A stretch of DNA of 64,000 nucleotides from NCBI GenBank assembly GCA_902781545.1, contig CACZJR010000002.1, forward strand, positions 5,134-69,133, in the 5' to 3' direction. The position numbers and the translations under genes were made by a program. This document shows, piece by piece, positions 54,996 to 62,780 of the stretch. The notes beneath the pieces are model-generated. The model did no database searches. It was given only the letters and a program-made list of their open reading frames with translations, and was not told the origin of the DNA. Source of the stretch: an uncultured Spirochaetales bacterium. Its GTDB lineage: Bacteria > Spirochaetota > Spirochaetia > Sphaerochaetales > Sphaerochaetaceae. Every line of letters begins with the position of its first letter. The first letter of the stretch is position 1.

Positions 54996-55036
54996 AGTCG
55001 CCTCTAACCATATCTTTTGAACACAGGAAGCAACAC

Positions 55037-55249
55037 ATGATGCCACTGTCACTAGCAGACATTGAACAAGACAACATCATCCGCAGGATCGGAGGAAGCC
55101 CTGAGGTCAAGAAGCACCTTGAAAATCTGGGCTTTGTGGTAGGCGGAAACGTCAAGGTCGTCAACAGGCTTGGCGGAAACATAATCGTGAACGTCAAGGA
55201 AGCAAGAATCGCCATCAGCCAGGAGATGGCCATGAAGATTATGATCTGA
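55037..55249 (+). CDS. feoA: FeoA family protein
   Basis: 70 aa, SH3-like FeoA (GGSPEVKKHLENLGFVVGGNVKVV). Confidence 0.85.
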   Translation: MMPLSLADIEQDNIIRRIGGSPEVKKHLENLGFVVGGNVKVVNRLGGNIIVNVKEARIAISQEMAMKIMI

Positions 55250-55269
55250 ATTCAAAATGGAGATAAAAG

Positions 55270-55491
55270 ATGAGAACACTGAAAGAGGTAAGAATCGGTG
55301 AGACCGTTAAGGTCTCGAGAATCAACGGCGAAGGTGCCATCAAGAGAAGGATCATGGACATGGGAATCACCCGTGGAGTCGAGATCTACGTCCGCAAGGT
55401 CGCACCGCTCGGAGATCCGGTAGAGATCACCGTCCGCGGCTATGAGCTGTCCATCAGAAAGGCCGATGCCGCGATGATTGACGTCGAATAA
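55270..55491 (+). CDS. feoA: FeoA family protein (second copy)
   Basis: 73 aa (VSRINGEGAIKRRIMDMGITRGVEIYV). Confidence 0.85.
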   Translation: MRTLKEVRIGETVKVSRINGEGAIKRRIMDMGITRGVEIYVRKVAPLGDPVEITVRGYELSIRKADAAMIDVE

Positions 55492-55511
55492 GTATCAATA
55501 GGAGAAATATT

Positions 55512-57923
55512 ATGGGAATTAGAATTGCTCTGGCAGGTAACCCCAACAGCGGAAAGACAACACTGTTCAACGCCCTCACAGGCTCGAACCAGTTTGTCGG
55601 AAACTGGCCCGGGGTCACCGTTGAGAAGAAAGAAGGAAAGCTCAAGAAGCACAACGATGTCATCATCACAGACCTTCCTGGAATCTACTCGCTGTCACCC
55701 TACACTCTTGAGGAAGTGGTGGCAAGAAACTACCTGATCGGCGAGAGGCCCGATGCCATCCTGAACATCGTGGACGGCACGAACCTGGAGAGAAACCTCT
55801 ATCTGACCACACAGCTCGTGGAGCTCGGAATCCCGGTTGTCATGGCAATCAACATGATCGACCTGGTCAAGAAGGCCGGAGACAAGATCAACCTGCAGGA
55901 GCTCTCAAGGGAAATCGGATGTCCTGTCGTTGAGATCTCAGCCCTGAAGGGCACCGGAGTCGCACTTGCAGCAGAGACAGCGATCAAGGCTGCCCAGGGC
56001 GGAAAGACAGTCCCGATGCACACATTCTCAGGTCCTGTAGAGCATGCTCTGGCACACATTGAGGAAGCGGTTGTACATGATCTTCCTGAGGACATGCAGA
56101 GATGGTACGCCATCAAGGTCTTCGAGAAAGACAAGAAGGTCATGGAGCAGCTCAAGATAAAGCCTGAGACACTGCAGCATGTCCAGGCCGACATCGCCGC
56201 TGCGGAGAAAGAGCTTGATGATGACTCCGAGTCAATCATCACCAACGAGCGTTACGTCTACATCGCCCAGGTCATAAAGGCCTGCTACAAGAAGAAAAAC
56301 GCCGGAAAACTCTCCACATCGGATAAGATCGACAGGGTCGTGACAAACCGCTGGCTCGGACTTCCGATATTCGCAGTCGTCATGTTCCTGGTCTATTACA
56401 TATCAATGGTCACCATAGGAACTGCAGCAACTGATTGGGCAAACGATGGCCTGTTCGGTGATGGTTATCATCTTTTCGGAATCGGAAGCGGAGCATACGG
56501 CGATGATTCTGAAGAATATACCGATGCGGCCAATGTCCTTGACGCATATGTGGGGCTTGACGAGGAAGCCGAATACACCGACATAATCAAGGCCGCCAAA
56601 GCAGTCAAGCCGGGAACAACAGCAGACTATGTGCTTGTAGATGAGGATACCCTTGCCCCTGAGGAAGTGACATACGAGTATGACGACCTTCAGAATGCAA
56701 TCACCGTCTATGAGAAATATGAGGGTGAGGAGCCTGATCCTGCGGACTACGGCGTATGGGTTCCGGGTGTTCCGGCACTTATCGGAGGCCTGCTTGAGAA
56801 GATGAACACAGCCCCATGGCTTGAGGGCCTGATCCTTGACGGTATCGTGGCCGGTGTCGGAGCTGTCCTCGGATTCGTTCCGCAGATGCTTGTCCTGTTC
56901 CTGCTCCTTGCAATCCTCGAGGGCTGCGGCTACATGGCCAGAATCGCATTCGTCCTTGACAGGATCTTCCGCAAGTTCGGTCTCTCAGGAAAGTCATTCA
57001 TCCCTATCCTGATCGGTACAGGCTGCGGAATCCCGGGAATCATGGCCTCCAGGACCATAGAGAACGAGCGTGACAGAAGGATGACCATCATGACAACGAC
57101 ATTCATCCCCTGCGGCGCGAAGCTTCCGTTCATCTCAATGGTGGCAGGAGCCATCTTCGGAGGATCAGCAATTGTCTCCACATCAGCCTACTTTGTCGGA
57201 ATGGCGGCGATCATCATCTCAGGAATCATCCTGAAGAAGACAAGACCGTTCCTCGGAGACCCCGCCCCGTTCGTCATGGAGCTTCCGGCATACCACATCC
57301 CGACAGTCGGCTCAGTTCTGCGCCTGACATGGGAGAGAGGCTGGTCATTCATCAAGAAGGCCGGAACAATCATCCTGCTCTCTACAATCGTCATCTGGTT
57401 CCTCACCTACTTCGGATTCACTGATGAAGGCTTCAGGATGCTCTCAGAGGAGGAGCTTGACCTGAGCATACTCGCAAAGATCGGATCAATCTTCGCATTC
57501 ATCTTCAAGCCGCTCGGATTCGGCACATGGCAGGCTACAGTCGCATCTGTCACAGGCCTTGTGGCAAAGGAGAACATCGTCGGAACAATGGGTATTGTCT
57601 ACGGAGCAAACGGACTCGCCCAAGTCTATACCACACTGGCCGCCTCGTTCACCAAGGTCGCAGGATACTCATTCCTGATCTTCAACCTGCTCTGCGCACC
57701 ATGCTTCGCAGCAATGGGAGCAATCAAGAGGGAGATGAACAACCGCAAGTGGACATGGTTCGCAATCCTCTATGAGTGCGGCTTCGCCTATCTGGTTGCC
57801 CTTGCGATCTACCAGATCGGCAGCATGTTCGCAGGTTACGGCAATGTTTTCGGTTTCATAATCGGCATTCTTGTGGTAGCCTTCGGAGTATACATGCTTG
57901 TCAGAAAGCCGAAGGAGAACTGA
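55512..57923 (+). CDS. feoB: ferrous iron transporter FeoB
   Basis: 803 aa with G-domain motifs GNPNSGKTTLFNALTG and DLPGIYS, a polytopic core, and an acidic loop insertion of about 110 aa. Confidence 0.9.
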   Translation: MGIRIALAGNPNSGKTTLFNALTGSNQFVGNWPGVTVEKKEGKLKKHNDVIITDLPGIYSLSPYTLEEVVARNYLIGERPDAILNIVDGTNLERNLYLTTQLVELGIPVVMAINMIDLVKKAGDKINLQELSREIGCPVVEISALKGTGVALAAETAIKAAQGGKTVPMHTFSGPVEHALAHIEEAVVHDLPEDMQRWYAIKVFEKDKKVMEQLKIKPETLQHVQADIAAAEKELDDDSESIITNERYVYIAQVIKACYKKKNAGKLSTSDKIDRVVTNRWLGLPIFAVVMFLVYYISMVTIGTAATDWANDGLFGDGYHLFGIGSGAYGDDSEEYTDAANVLDAYVGLDEEAEYTDIIKAAKAVKPGTTADYVLVDEDTLAPEEVTYEYDDLQNAITVYEKYEGEEPDPADYGVWVPGVPALIGGLLEKMNTAPWLEGLILDGIVAGVGAVLGFVPQMLVLFLLLAILEGCGYMARIAFVLDRIFRKFGLSGKSFIPILIGTGCGIPGIMASRTIENERDRRMTIMTTTFIPCGAKLPFISMVAGAIFGGSAIVSTSAYFVGMAAIIISGIILKKTRPFLGDPAPFVMELPAYHIPTVGSVLRLTWERGWSFIKKAGTIILLSTIVIWFLTYFGFTDEGFRMLSEEELDLSILAKIGSIFAFIFKPLGFGTWQATVASVTGLVAKENIVGTMGIVYGANGLAQVYTTLAASFTKVAGYSFLIFNLLCAPCFAAMGAIKREMNNRKWTWFAILYECGFAYLVALAIYQIGSMFAGYGNVFGFIIGILVVAFGVYMLVRKPKEN

Positions 57924-57924
57924 G

Positions 57925-58080
57925 ATGGGAACCGCAATCGTTGTAATCATACTTGTAGCCGTTGTCACACTGATCATCTGGAGGATGGTCAAGGACAGGA
58001 AGGCCGGTAAGAGCAGCTGCGGTTGCGGTTGTGCCAGCTGCCCCATGGCCGGGCAGTGCCACTCCAAGAACAAGAAATAA
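57925..58080 (+). CDS. FeoB-associated Cys-rich membrane protein
   Basis: I trimmed the ORF to the ATG at 57925, 1 nt after the feoB stop. It is 51 aa with one TM helix and the CGCGCASCP motif. Confidence 0.75.
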   Translation: MGTAIVVIILVAVVTLIIWRMVKDRKAGKSSCGCGCASCPMAGQCHSKNKK

Positions 58081-58102
58081 CGGCGGACCTGCCGTATATT
58101 AG

Positions 58103-58136
58103 AGACCTGAGAACTCCTTGGTTCCCAGGTCTTTTT
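58103..58136 (+). terminator. rho-independent terminator of the feo operon
   Basis: AGACCTGAGAAC-TCCTTG-GTTCCCAGGTCT followed by TTTTTC. Confidence 0.65.
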
Positions 58137-58150
58137 CATTTGTGCTCGGT

Positions 58151-58207
58151 GGAGGCTTTGGAAGTATTGGAGGCTTTGGAGGCCGTGGAAGCTTTCGAAA
58201 ACCTTCC
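58151..58207. repeat. left 9-nt-periodic repeat array (GGAGGCTTT-type units)
   Basis: ggaggcttt ggaagtatt ggaggcttt ggaggccgt ggaagcttt cgaaaacct tcc. It is the inverse complement of the right array. The inner end GGAAGCTTTCGAAAACCTTCC is an imperfect palindrome. Confidence 0.8.
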
Positions 58208-58289
58208 AATCATAAAAAAAACAAAGTTTTTGTCTAGAACCTGAAATATTTCCTGCACTTTTTTCGTATATAAGGGCAGGAGTAGAAAA

Positions 58290-58973
58290 ATGGTCAAAAT
58301 AACAAGAAGTGAATTATTAGGCTCAAGGCCTGGCGAGGATTTTCGGATAGGAGTGGCAAGTAAGAGCACTGTCCGGAAGAACGGGACGGTCTACCATGTC
58401 ATCACGACATCGTGGAGAAAGAAGTGGCTGTTTGATTCCACCCTGGCGGCTTACCGCAAGGATCTTCTGCATGAGCTATGTATAAAAAGAGGAATCACAA
58501 TCCTGTTTTCAGCGACAATGCCCACCCATACCCATGATGTGTTCATCACACCTGATTGGGAGACATTGTCCGGTGTCATGAAGACGCTGGACTCAGCCGT
58601 GGCAAAATATGTGAGGCGGCATTTTCCAGAGCGGATCAAAGGCAGGAACCTGGTATTCTCAAAGGATCCTGTCTACATCATGGTTGAAGACATAAGGCAT
58701 CTGTTCTTTCTGGGGAAATACATACATGGAAACTGCCAGTATCTGAAGGATGAGGGGAAACCCGTCCCGGACTCATGCTTCTGGATGTTCAGGAAGAATT
58801 ATCTCGCCCCGCCATATAACGAGAGAATCTACAGCCGTCTGTTCGGTATGTCTGCTCCCGAGTTGATCGAATTCTATGAGTCTCATTCAGATGCAGAGGT
58901 CCGGAGGTTTGCGAAAGAGAAATACAAGGACTGGACAAAAGAGGACAATGACAATCTTTTTGTAAGACGGTGA
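58290..58973 (+). CDS. Y1 HUH transposase (IS200/RayT-like, divergent)
   Basis: 227 aa. Motifs in canonical order: YHVITTSWRKKWLF (N-terminal strand), the HUH motif MPTHTHDVF and the catalytic Tyr motif KYIHGNCQY. Confidence 0.65.
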   Translation: MVKITRSELLGSRPGEDFRIGVASKSTVRKNGTVYHVITTSWRKKWLFDSTLAAYRKDLLHELCIKRGITILFSATMPTHTHDVFITPDWETLSGVMKTLDSAVAKYVRRHFPERIKGRNLVFSKDPVYIMVEDIRHLFFLGKYIHGNCQYLKDEGKPVPDSCFWMFRKNYLAPPYNERIYSRLFGMSAPELIEFYESHSDAEVRRFAKEKYKDWTKEDNDNLFVRR

Positions 58974-58982
58974 GGTTTCTGC

Positions 58983-59063
58983 AAGGTTTTCCAAAGCCTC
59001 CTATGCTTCCAAAGCTTCCTCAGCCCCCAAAGCCCCCAAAGCCTCCAAAGCCTCTAAAGCCCC
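58983..59063. repeat. right 9-nt-periodic repeat array (CCAAAGCCN units)
   Basis: About 8-9 units of ccaaagcct, ccaaagctt or ccaaagccc. It begins 10 nt after the transposase stop. Confidence 0.8.
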
Positions 59064-59072
59064 ACAATAACA

Positions 59073-59102
59073 AACCCCGGATTGCAATTAACAACCCGGG
59101 GT
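59073..59102 (-). terminator. terminator-like hairpin after the ABC permease gene
   Basis: The minus strand reads ACCCCGG-(15-nt loop)-CCGGGGT followed by TTGTTATTG. The U tract is weak. Confidence 0.4.
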
Positions 59103-59129
59103 CTGCAACGTTGAATCAGCGTGTTTGTC

Positions 59130-61463
59130 TTAGAACAGCTCCCACTCGGAAGCATCGATTCCGGCAAGGATCTTCTTGTCTGATCTTCTTCTCGGATCGA
59201 TCTTCTTCTGGATCATCTTCACGATCCTGACCATTATGCCCTGGATCACAAAGTAGACCACGGCGGTGAGGATCAGAGCGAAGAATGCCTCGTATGTGCG
59301 GCTTCTGACAAGGTCGCTTATCTTTGTCAGGTCAAGGACAGCGATGTAACCAACGACTGATGTCTCCTTGATCAGGGTCACGACCTCGTTGCTGTAGATC
59401 GGCAGGAAGTGATGGGCTGCCTGAGGAAGCAGGATTTTGAAGAAGCTCTGTCCGTCTGAGTAGCCCAGGGCGGTAGAGGCCTCATACTGGCCCTTTCCTA
59501 TCGCGTTGTAACCCACACGCAGCATGTCGATCATGGAGCATGCGAAGATCAGGGAGAAGCCCACTACGGAGATCCACATTCCGGACAGCCTGGAGGATCC
59601 GAAGATCACATAGTACAGGATCATCAGGAACAGGACCGTAGGCATTCCGTGGATCAGCCACATGAAGAAGTTCGTGGTCTTGTTTGCGAACACGTTGCCG
59701 TGCCTGCATGCCATGTAGACCGCAAAGCCGAGGATTGTTCCGATCAGGATCGAGCAGACGGTGATCAGTGTCGTGACTCCGGCTCCGGAGACGAACAGCT
59801 TCCACCTGTTCTCCCTGATGAAGGTCTTGTAGAAGCTGGTCTGCAGCTTCTCGAAGAATCCGGCCTTTGCCACCTCGGTCGTCCCAGATCCGGTTGCACC
59901 GGCATATGGTGAGTCCTCAAGTACGACAAGGTACACAGGGCATGTGTAATAGACATCTGAGAGCGTTCCGGTCTCGTTGCGCTCCTCGCTTACGACGATG
60001 TTCATTCCGATGTCGAACTTACCTGTCTCGACTCCCGGTGCGATTGACTCGAACGGGATCTCGTTGAAGACCGGTGTGTAACCGTACTCCTCGCAGAAGC
60101 GGCAGACGAACTCGACGTCAAAGCCTGCGAGGTTTCCGTCGCTGACGAAGCTGAACGGCTCGTATCCGCCCTCTACCGCGACATTGATGGTTCCGTTCTC
60201 ACCGGTGAAATTGAAGTCCTTGACTCCGACATTGTCGGTGGCAGGATCAAAGTCCGCGATCCAGTACTGGTACAGGCTGCCGTTGTCACCCAGAAGACCG
60301 TTCTTGTAGCCGTTGTCGATGAACTCGTTCATCTCACGGAGCAGGCGCTCCTGCTTGTCATTGTTTCCGATGATGTTGCTGGCGCTGATGTAGCCCGGAA
60401 TCTCCTTGAATGTGGTGAGCTCAGGATGGTTTGCCTTATGCACGCCGTAGCCTACTCCCTCAACGAGATAGCCTGCTACCTTGCCTGACTTGAGGGCAAG
60501 GATCATGTCGGTCGGCATGGTGAAGTAAGCGAACTCAGTGTTCGGGACACGGTCCTGGATCAGCTCCTCATAGAGCACCGCGGTCTGGACTCCGATCGGA
60601 AGACCGTCCAGGTCCTCTATCCTGTTGTACTGACCTGAAGCTGATGCAGCTGCAGCAGTGTTGTCCGAACCCAGCACGACCATATAGACAGGACATGTGT
60701 AGTAGATGTCTGAGAGCGTTCCGGTCTCGTTGCGCTCCTCGCTTACGACGATGTTCATTCCTATGTCGAACTTACCTGTCTCCACTCCCGGTGCGATTGA
60801 CTCGAACGGGATCTCATTGAAGACCGGAGTATAGCCGTACTCCACGCAGAAACGGCATACGAACTCGACGTCAAAGCCTGCGAGGTTTCCGTCGCTGACG
60901 AAGCTGAACGGCTCATAACCGCCCTCGACCGCCACATTAAGGGTACCGTTCTCACCGGTGAACTCAAAGTCCTTGACGCCCACATTGTCGGTAAGAGGGT
61001 CAAAATCAGCGATCCAGTACTGGTACAGGCTGCCGTTGTCACCCAGAAGACCGTTCTCATAACCCTTTCTGATGAACTCGTTCATCTCACGGAGCAGGCG
61101 CTCCTGCTTGTCATTGTTTCCGATGATGTTGCTGGCGCTGATATAGCCGGGAACTTCCTTGAATACATCAAGCTCAGGGTGGTTCGCCTTGTGAACGCCG
61201 TAGCCCACAGCCTCAACAAGGTATGCGGCCACCTTGCCTGACTTGAGGGCAAGGATCATGTCGGTAGGCATGGTGAAGTAAGAGAACTCAGTGTCAGGGA
61301 CACGGTCCTGGATCAGCTCCTCATAAAGGACAGCGGTCTGGACTCCGATGGGAAGGCCGTTGAAATCCTCGATCTTGGTGAACTTGCTTGTGTCGACCGT
61401 TGCGGCGGACACTGCGGTGCAGAGGAGGATAAGGACAGTAATGAAAGAAAGTAATCTCTTCAT
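59130..61463 (-). CDS. amino-acid ABC transporter, fused tandem substrate-binding region + permease (GlnP-like)
   Basis: I trimmed the ORF to the MKRLLSF start at 61463 (GGAGGAG SD, 2 nt after the ATPase stop). It has a signal peptide, two 235-aa repeats of PBP type-3 sequence, then a HisM/GlnP-type TMD. Confidence 0.85.
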   Translation of the reverse strand: MKRLLSFITVLILLCTAVSAATVDTSKFTKIEDFNGLPIGVQTAVLYEELIQDRVPDTEFSYFTMPTDMILALKSGKVAAYLVEAVGYGVHKANHPELDVFKEVPGYISASNIIGNNDKQERLLREMNEFIRKGYENGLLGDNGSLYQYWIADFDPLTDNVGVKDFEFTGENGTLNVAVEGGYEPFSFVSDGNLAGFDVEFVCRFCVEYGYTPVFNEIPFESIAPGVETGKFDIGMNIVVSEERNETGTLSDIYYTCPVYMVVLGSDNTAAAASASGQYNRIEDLDGLPIGVQTAVLYEELIQDRVPNTEFAYFTMPTDMILALKSGKVAGYLVEGVGYGVHKANHPELTTFKEIPGYISASNIIGNNDKQERLLREMNEFIDNGYKNGLLGDNGSLYQYWIADFDPATDNVGVKDFNFTGENGTINVAVEGGYEPFSFVSDGNLAGFDVEFVCRFCEEYGYTPVFNEIPFESIAPGVETGKFDIGMNIVVSEERNETGTLSDVYYTCPVYLVVLEDSPYAGATGSGTTEVAKAGFFEKLQTSFYKTFIRENRWKLFVSGAGVTTLITVCSILIGTILGFAVYMACRHGNVFANKTTNFFMWLIHGMPTVLFLMILYYVIFGSSRLSGMWISVVGFSLIFACSMIDMLRVGYNAIGKGQYEASTALGYSDGQSFFKILLPQAAHHFLPIYSNEVVTLIKETSVVGYIAVLDLTKISDLVRSRTYEAFFALILTAVVYFVIQGIMVRIVKMIQKKIDPRRRSDKKILAGIDASEWELF
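59919..61376 (-). repeat. intragenic tandem duplication, period 753 bp (2 x about 705 bp)
   Basis: Copies at 59919..60623 and 60672..61376. An identical 51-mer, tgagagcgttccggtctcgttgcgctcctcgcttacgacgatgttcattcc, occurs at 59958 and 60711. The protein repeats are residues 36-270 and 287-521. Confidence 0.9.
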
Positions 61464-61465
61464 GC

Positions 61466-62578
61466 TCACTCCTCCACCCACTTGAAGCTCATGTCGATCT
61501 GATACTCACATCCATCCGGGTCATCGGTAAGCTTCTTCTCGCTGACGGATGTCGTGGGCTCATCAAGCAGAAGCAGGAAGAGTTTGCTTTCCGACTCCCT
61601 TGGAGTGAAATGCTCCTCTGCCTTGTACTTGACTGAGAGATACAGTGTGTCCTGTTTCTCCGAATACTCGATCTTGACCATGATGAACGGGTTGTCCGAG
61701 TAGTTGGCGATGTTGTTGATACAGATTTCCTCGATTGCAAGGCTGAGCTTCGTGAGACGCTCGGCCTCGATCAGGAGCTTCTCACCATAGGCCTGAAGTT
61801 CCTCGTTCATCGCCTCGAAATCGAACTCCGTGCTGTCGATCTTGTAGCTGAGAGTGGTGAGTCTCTGGACGAACTTGCGTGTGAGCTCCTTCTGGGGATG
61901 GTCGAAGATCTGCTTCGGGGTCCCCTCCTCATAGATGACACCGTCAGCCATGAACAGGACGCGGTTGGAGATCTTGCGGGCGAAATCCATCTCGTGGGTG
62001 ACAATCATCATGGTCCTTCCGGTCTTGGCAAGGAGCTTGATGACTGACTGGACCTCACCTATCATGCTCGGGTCCAGTGCGCTTGTAGGCTCGTCAAAGA
62101 GGATGATGTCAGGATCCATCGCCAGAGTCCTGGCGATTGCGATTCTCTGCTGCTGTCCGCCTGAGAGCTCGTCCGGATAAGAGAACACCTTTGTGGCAAG
62201 ACCGACCTGGGTCAGAAGGTACATGGCCTTGTCAAAGGCCTCCTGCCTGCTTCTTCCCAACAGGGTGATCTGAGGATTCATGATGTTCTCGATTACTGTG
62301 AGATGACCGAAGAGGTTGAAGGACTGGAAGACCATTCCCATCTTCTTTCTCACTTCGTTGAGGTTGCAGCCTCTAGCTGTGATGTCCTGGCCATCAACGA
62401 TGATCTCGCCGCTTGTGGGCTCTGTGAGCATGTTGATGCATCTGAGCAATGTGGACTTGCCCGTGCCAGAAGGTCCGATGATGCTTATCACATCCCCGTT
62501 GTTGATGGTAACGTTCACATCTTTCAATGGAATTGTGTTATCATCAAACTCCTTTCTCAAATGACGTATTTCAATCAT
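61466..62578 (-). CDS. amino-acid ABC transporter ATP-binding protein (GlnQ-like) with a C-terminal extension of about 130 aa
   Basis: I trimmed the ORF to the MIEIRHLRKEF start at 62578. It has Walker A GPSGTGKST, the LSGGQQQR signature and Walker B ILFDEPTSALD. The extra C-terminal domain (LTTLSYKIDSTEFDF...FKWVEE) is of unknown family. Confidence 0.85.
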   Translation of the reverse strand: MIEIRHLRKEFDDNTIPLKDVNVTINNGDVISIIGPSGTGKSTLLRCINMLTEPTSGEIIVDGQDITARGCNLNEVRKKMGMVFQSFNLFGHLTVIENIMNPQITLLGRSRQEAFDKAMYLLTQVGLATKVFSYPDELSGGQQQRIAIARTLAMDPDIILFDEPTSALDPSMIGEVQSVIKLLAKTGRTMMIVTHEMDFARKISNRVLFMADGVIYEEGTPKQIFDHPQKELTRKFVQRLTTLSYKIDSTEFDFEAMNEELQAYGEKLLIEAERLTKLSLAIEEICINNIANYSDNPFIMVKIEYSEKQDTLYLSVKYKAEEHFTPRESESKLFLLLLDEPTTSVSEKKLTDDPDGCEYQIDMSFKWVEE

Positions 62579-62780
62579 TCGCTTAACCCTAGGTAAAATG
62601 ACGTTCGCCGCGGGCTTGTCTTGCTTGACTAGGGACGCACCACATGCATTGTTTGTGCCAGCGGCTGTGGGGATTCTTGGATATAGTTGGTCCCCGCACT
62701 TTACAAGGGCCACCATACCCGCTAAGAGGGTTAGGGTCAACCCTTTCTGAGGCAAAAATCTTTATTTTTCTCTCATCCTG
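62579..62780 (-). ncRNA. structured 5' leader, candidate cis-regulatory RNA of unknown class
   Basis: 202-nt GC-rich non-coding gap. UAACCCU (62727..62733) can pair with AGGGUUA (62584..62590), which covers the weak SD. A competing local hairpin GGGUU..AACCC and GGGGA..UCCCC and GCCGC..GCGGC helices are also possible. Confidence 0.35.

Larger units (their letters stand above)
58151..59063 (+). mobile_element. RayT/IS200-like HUH transposase element bounded by inverted repeat arrays
   Basis: A transposase gene is flanked by inverted 9-nt-periodic arrays. The inner ends match 17/19 in inverted orientation. By eye, the region appears lower in GC than its neighbours. Confidence 0.6.

Noticed and set aside
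58151-59063. Possible CRISPR array
   Set aside because: The repeat unit is only 9 nt and has no unique spacers. The two arrays are inverted around a transposase gene, and there are no cas genes in the window.
58970-59230. 86-aa proline/lysine-rich ORF (PKPPKPPKPLKP), and the KASTASKAS ORF at 58136..58369
   Set aside because: Both simply read through the 9-nt periodic repeat arrays flanking the transposase. They have no SD and run into neighbouring terminators and genes.
62579-62755. 59-codon N-terminal extension of the glnQ-like ORF (MPQKGLTLTLLAG...)
   Set aside because: There is no SD, and the ABC cassette begins at MIEIRHLRKEF as in homologs. The region is better explained as a structured untranslated leader.
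62579-62780. Assignment of the leader to the ydaO (c-di-AMP) or T-box class
   Set aside because: GCGGGGACCA and GAAUCCCC resemble ydaO fragments, and GGUGG resembles a T-box core. However, the remaining conserved blocks (for example CAGCUAACCUCGUAAGCG, or a terminator/antiterminator pair with a specifier loop) are absent. This needs a covariance-model scan, not eyeballing.
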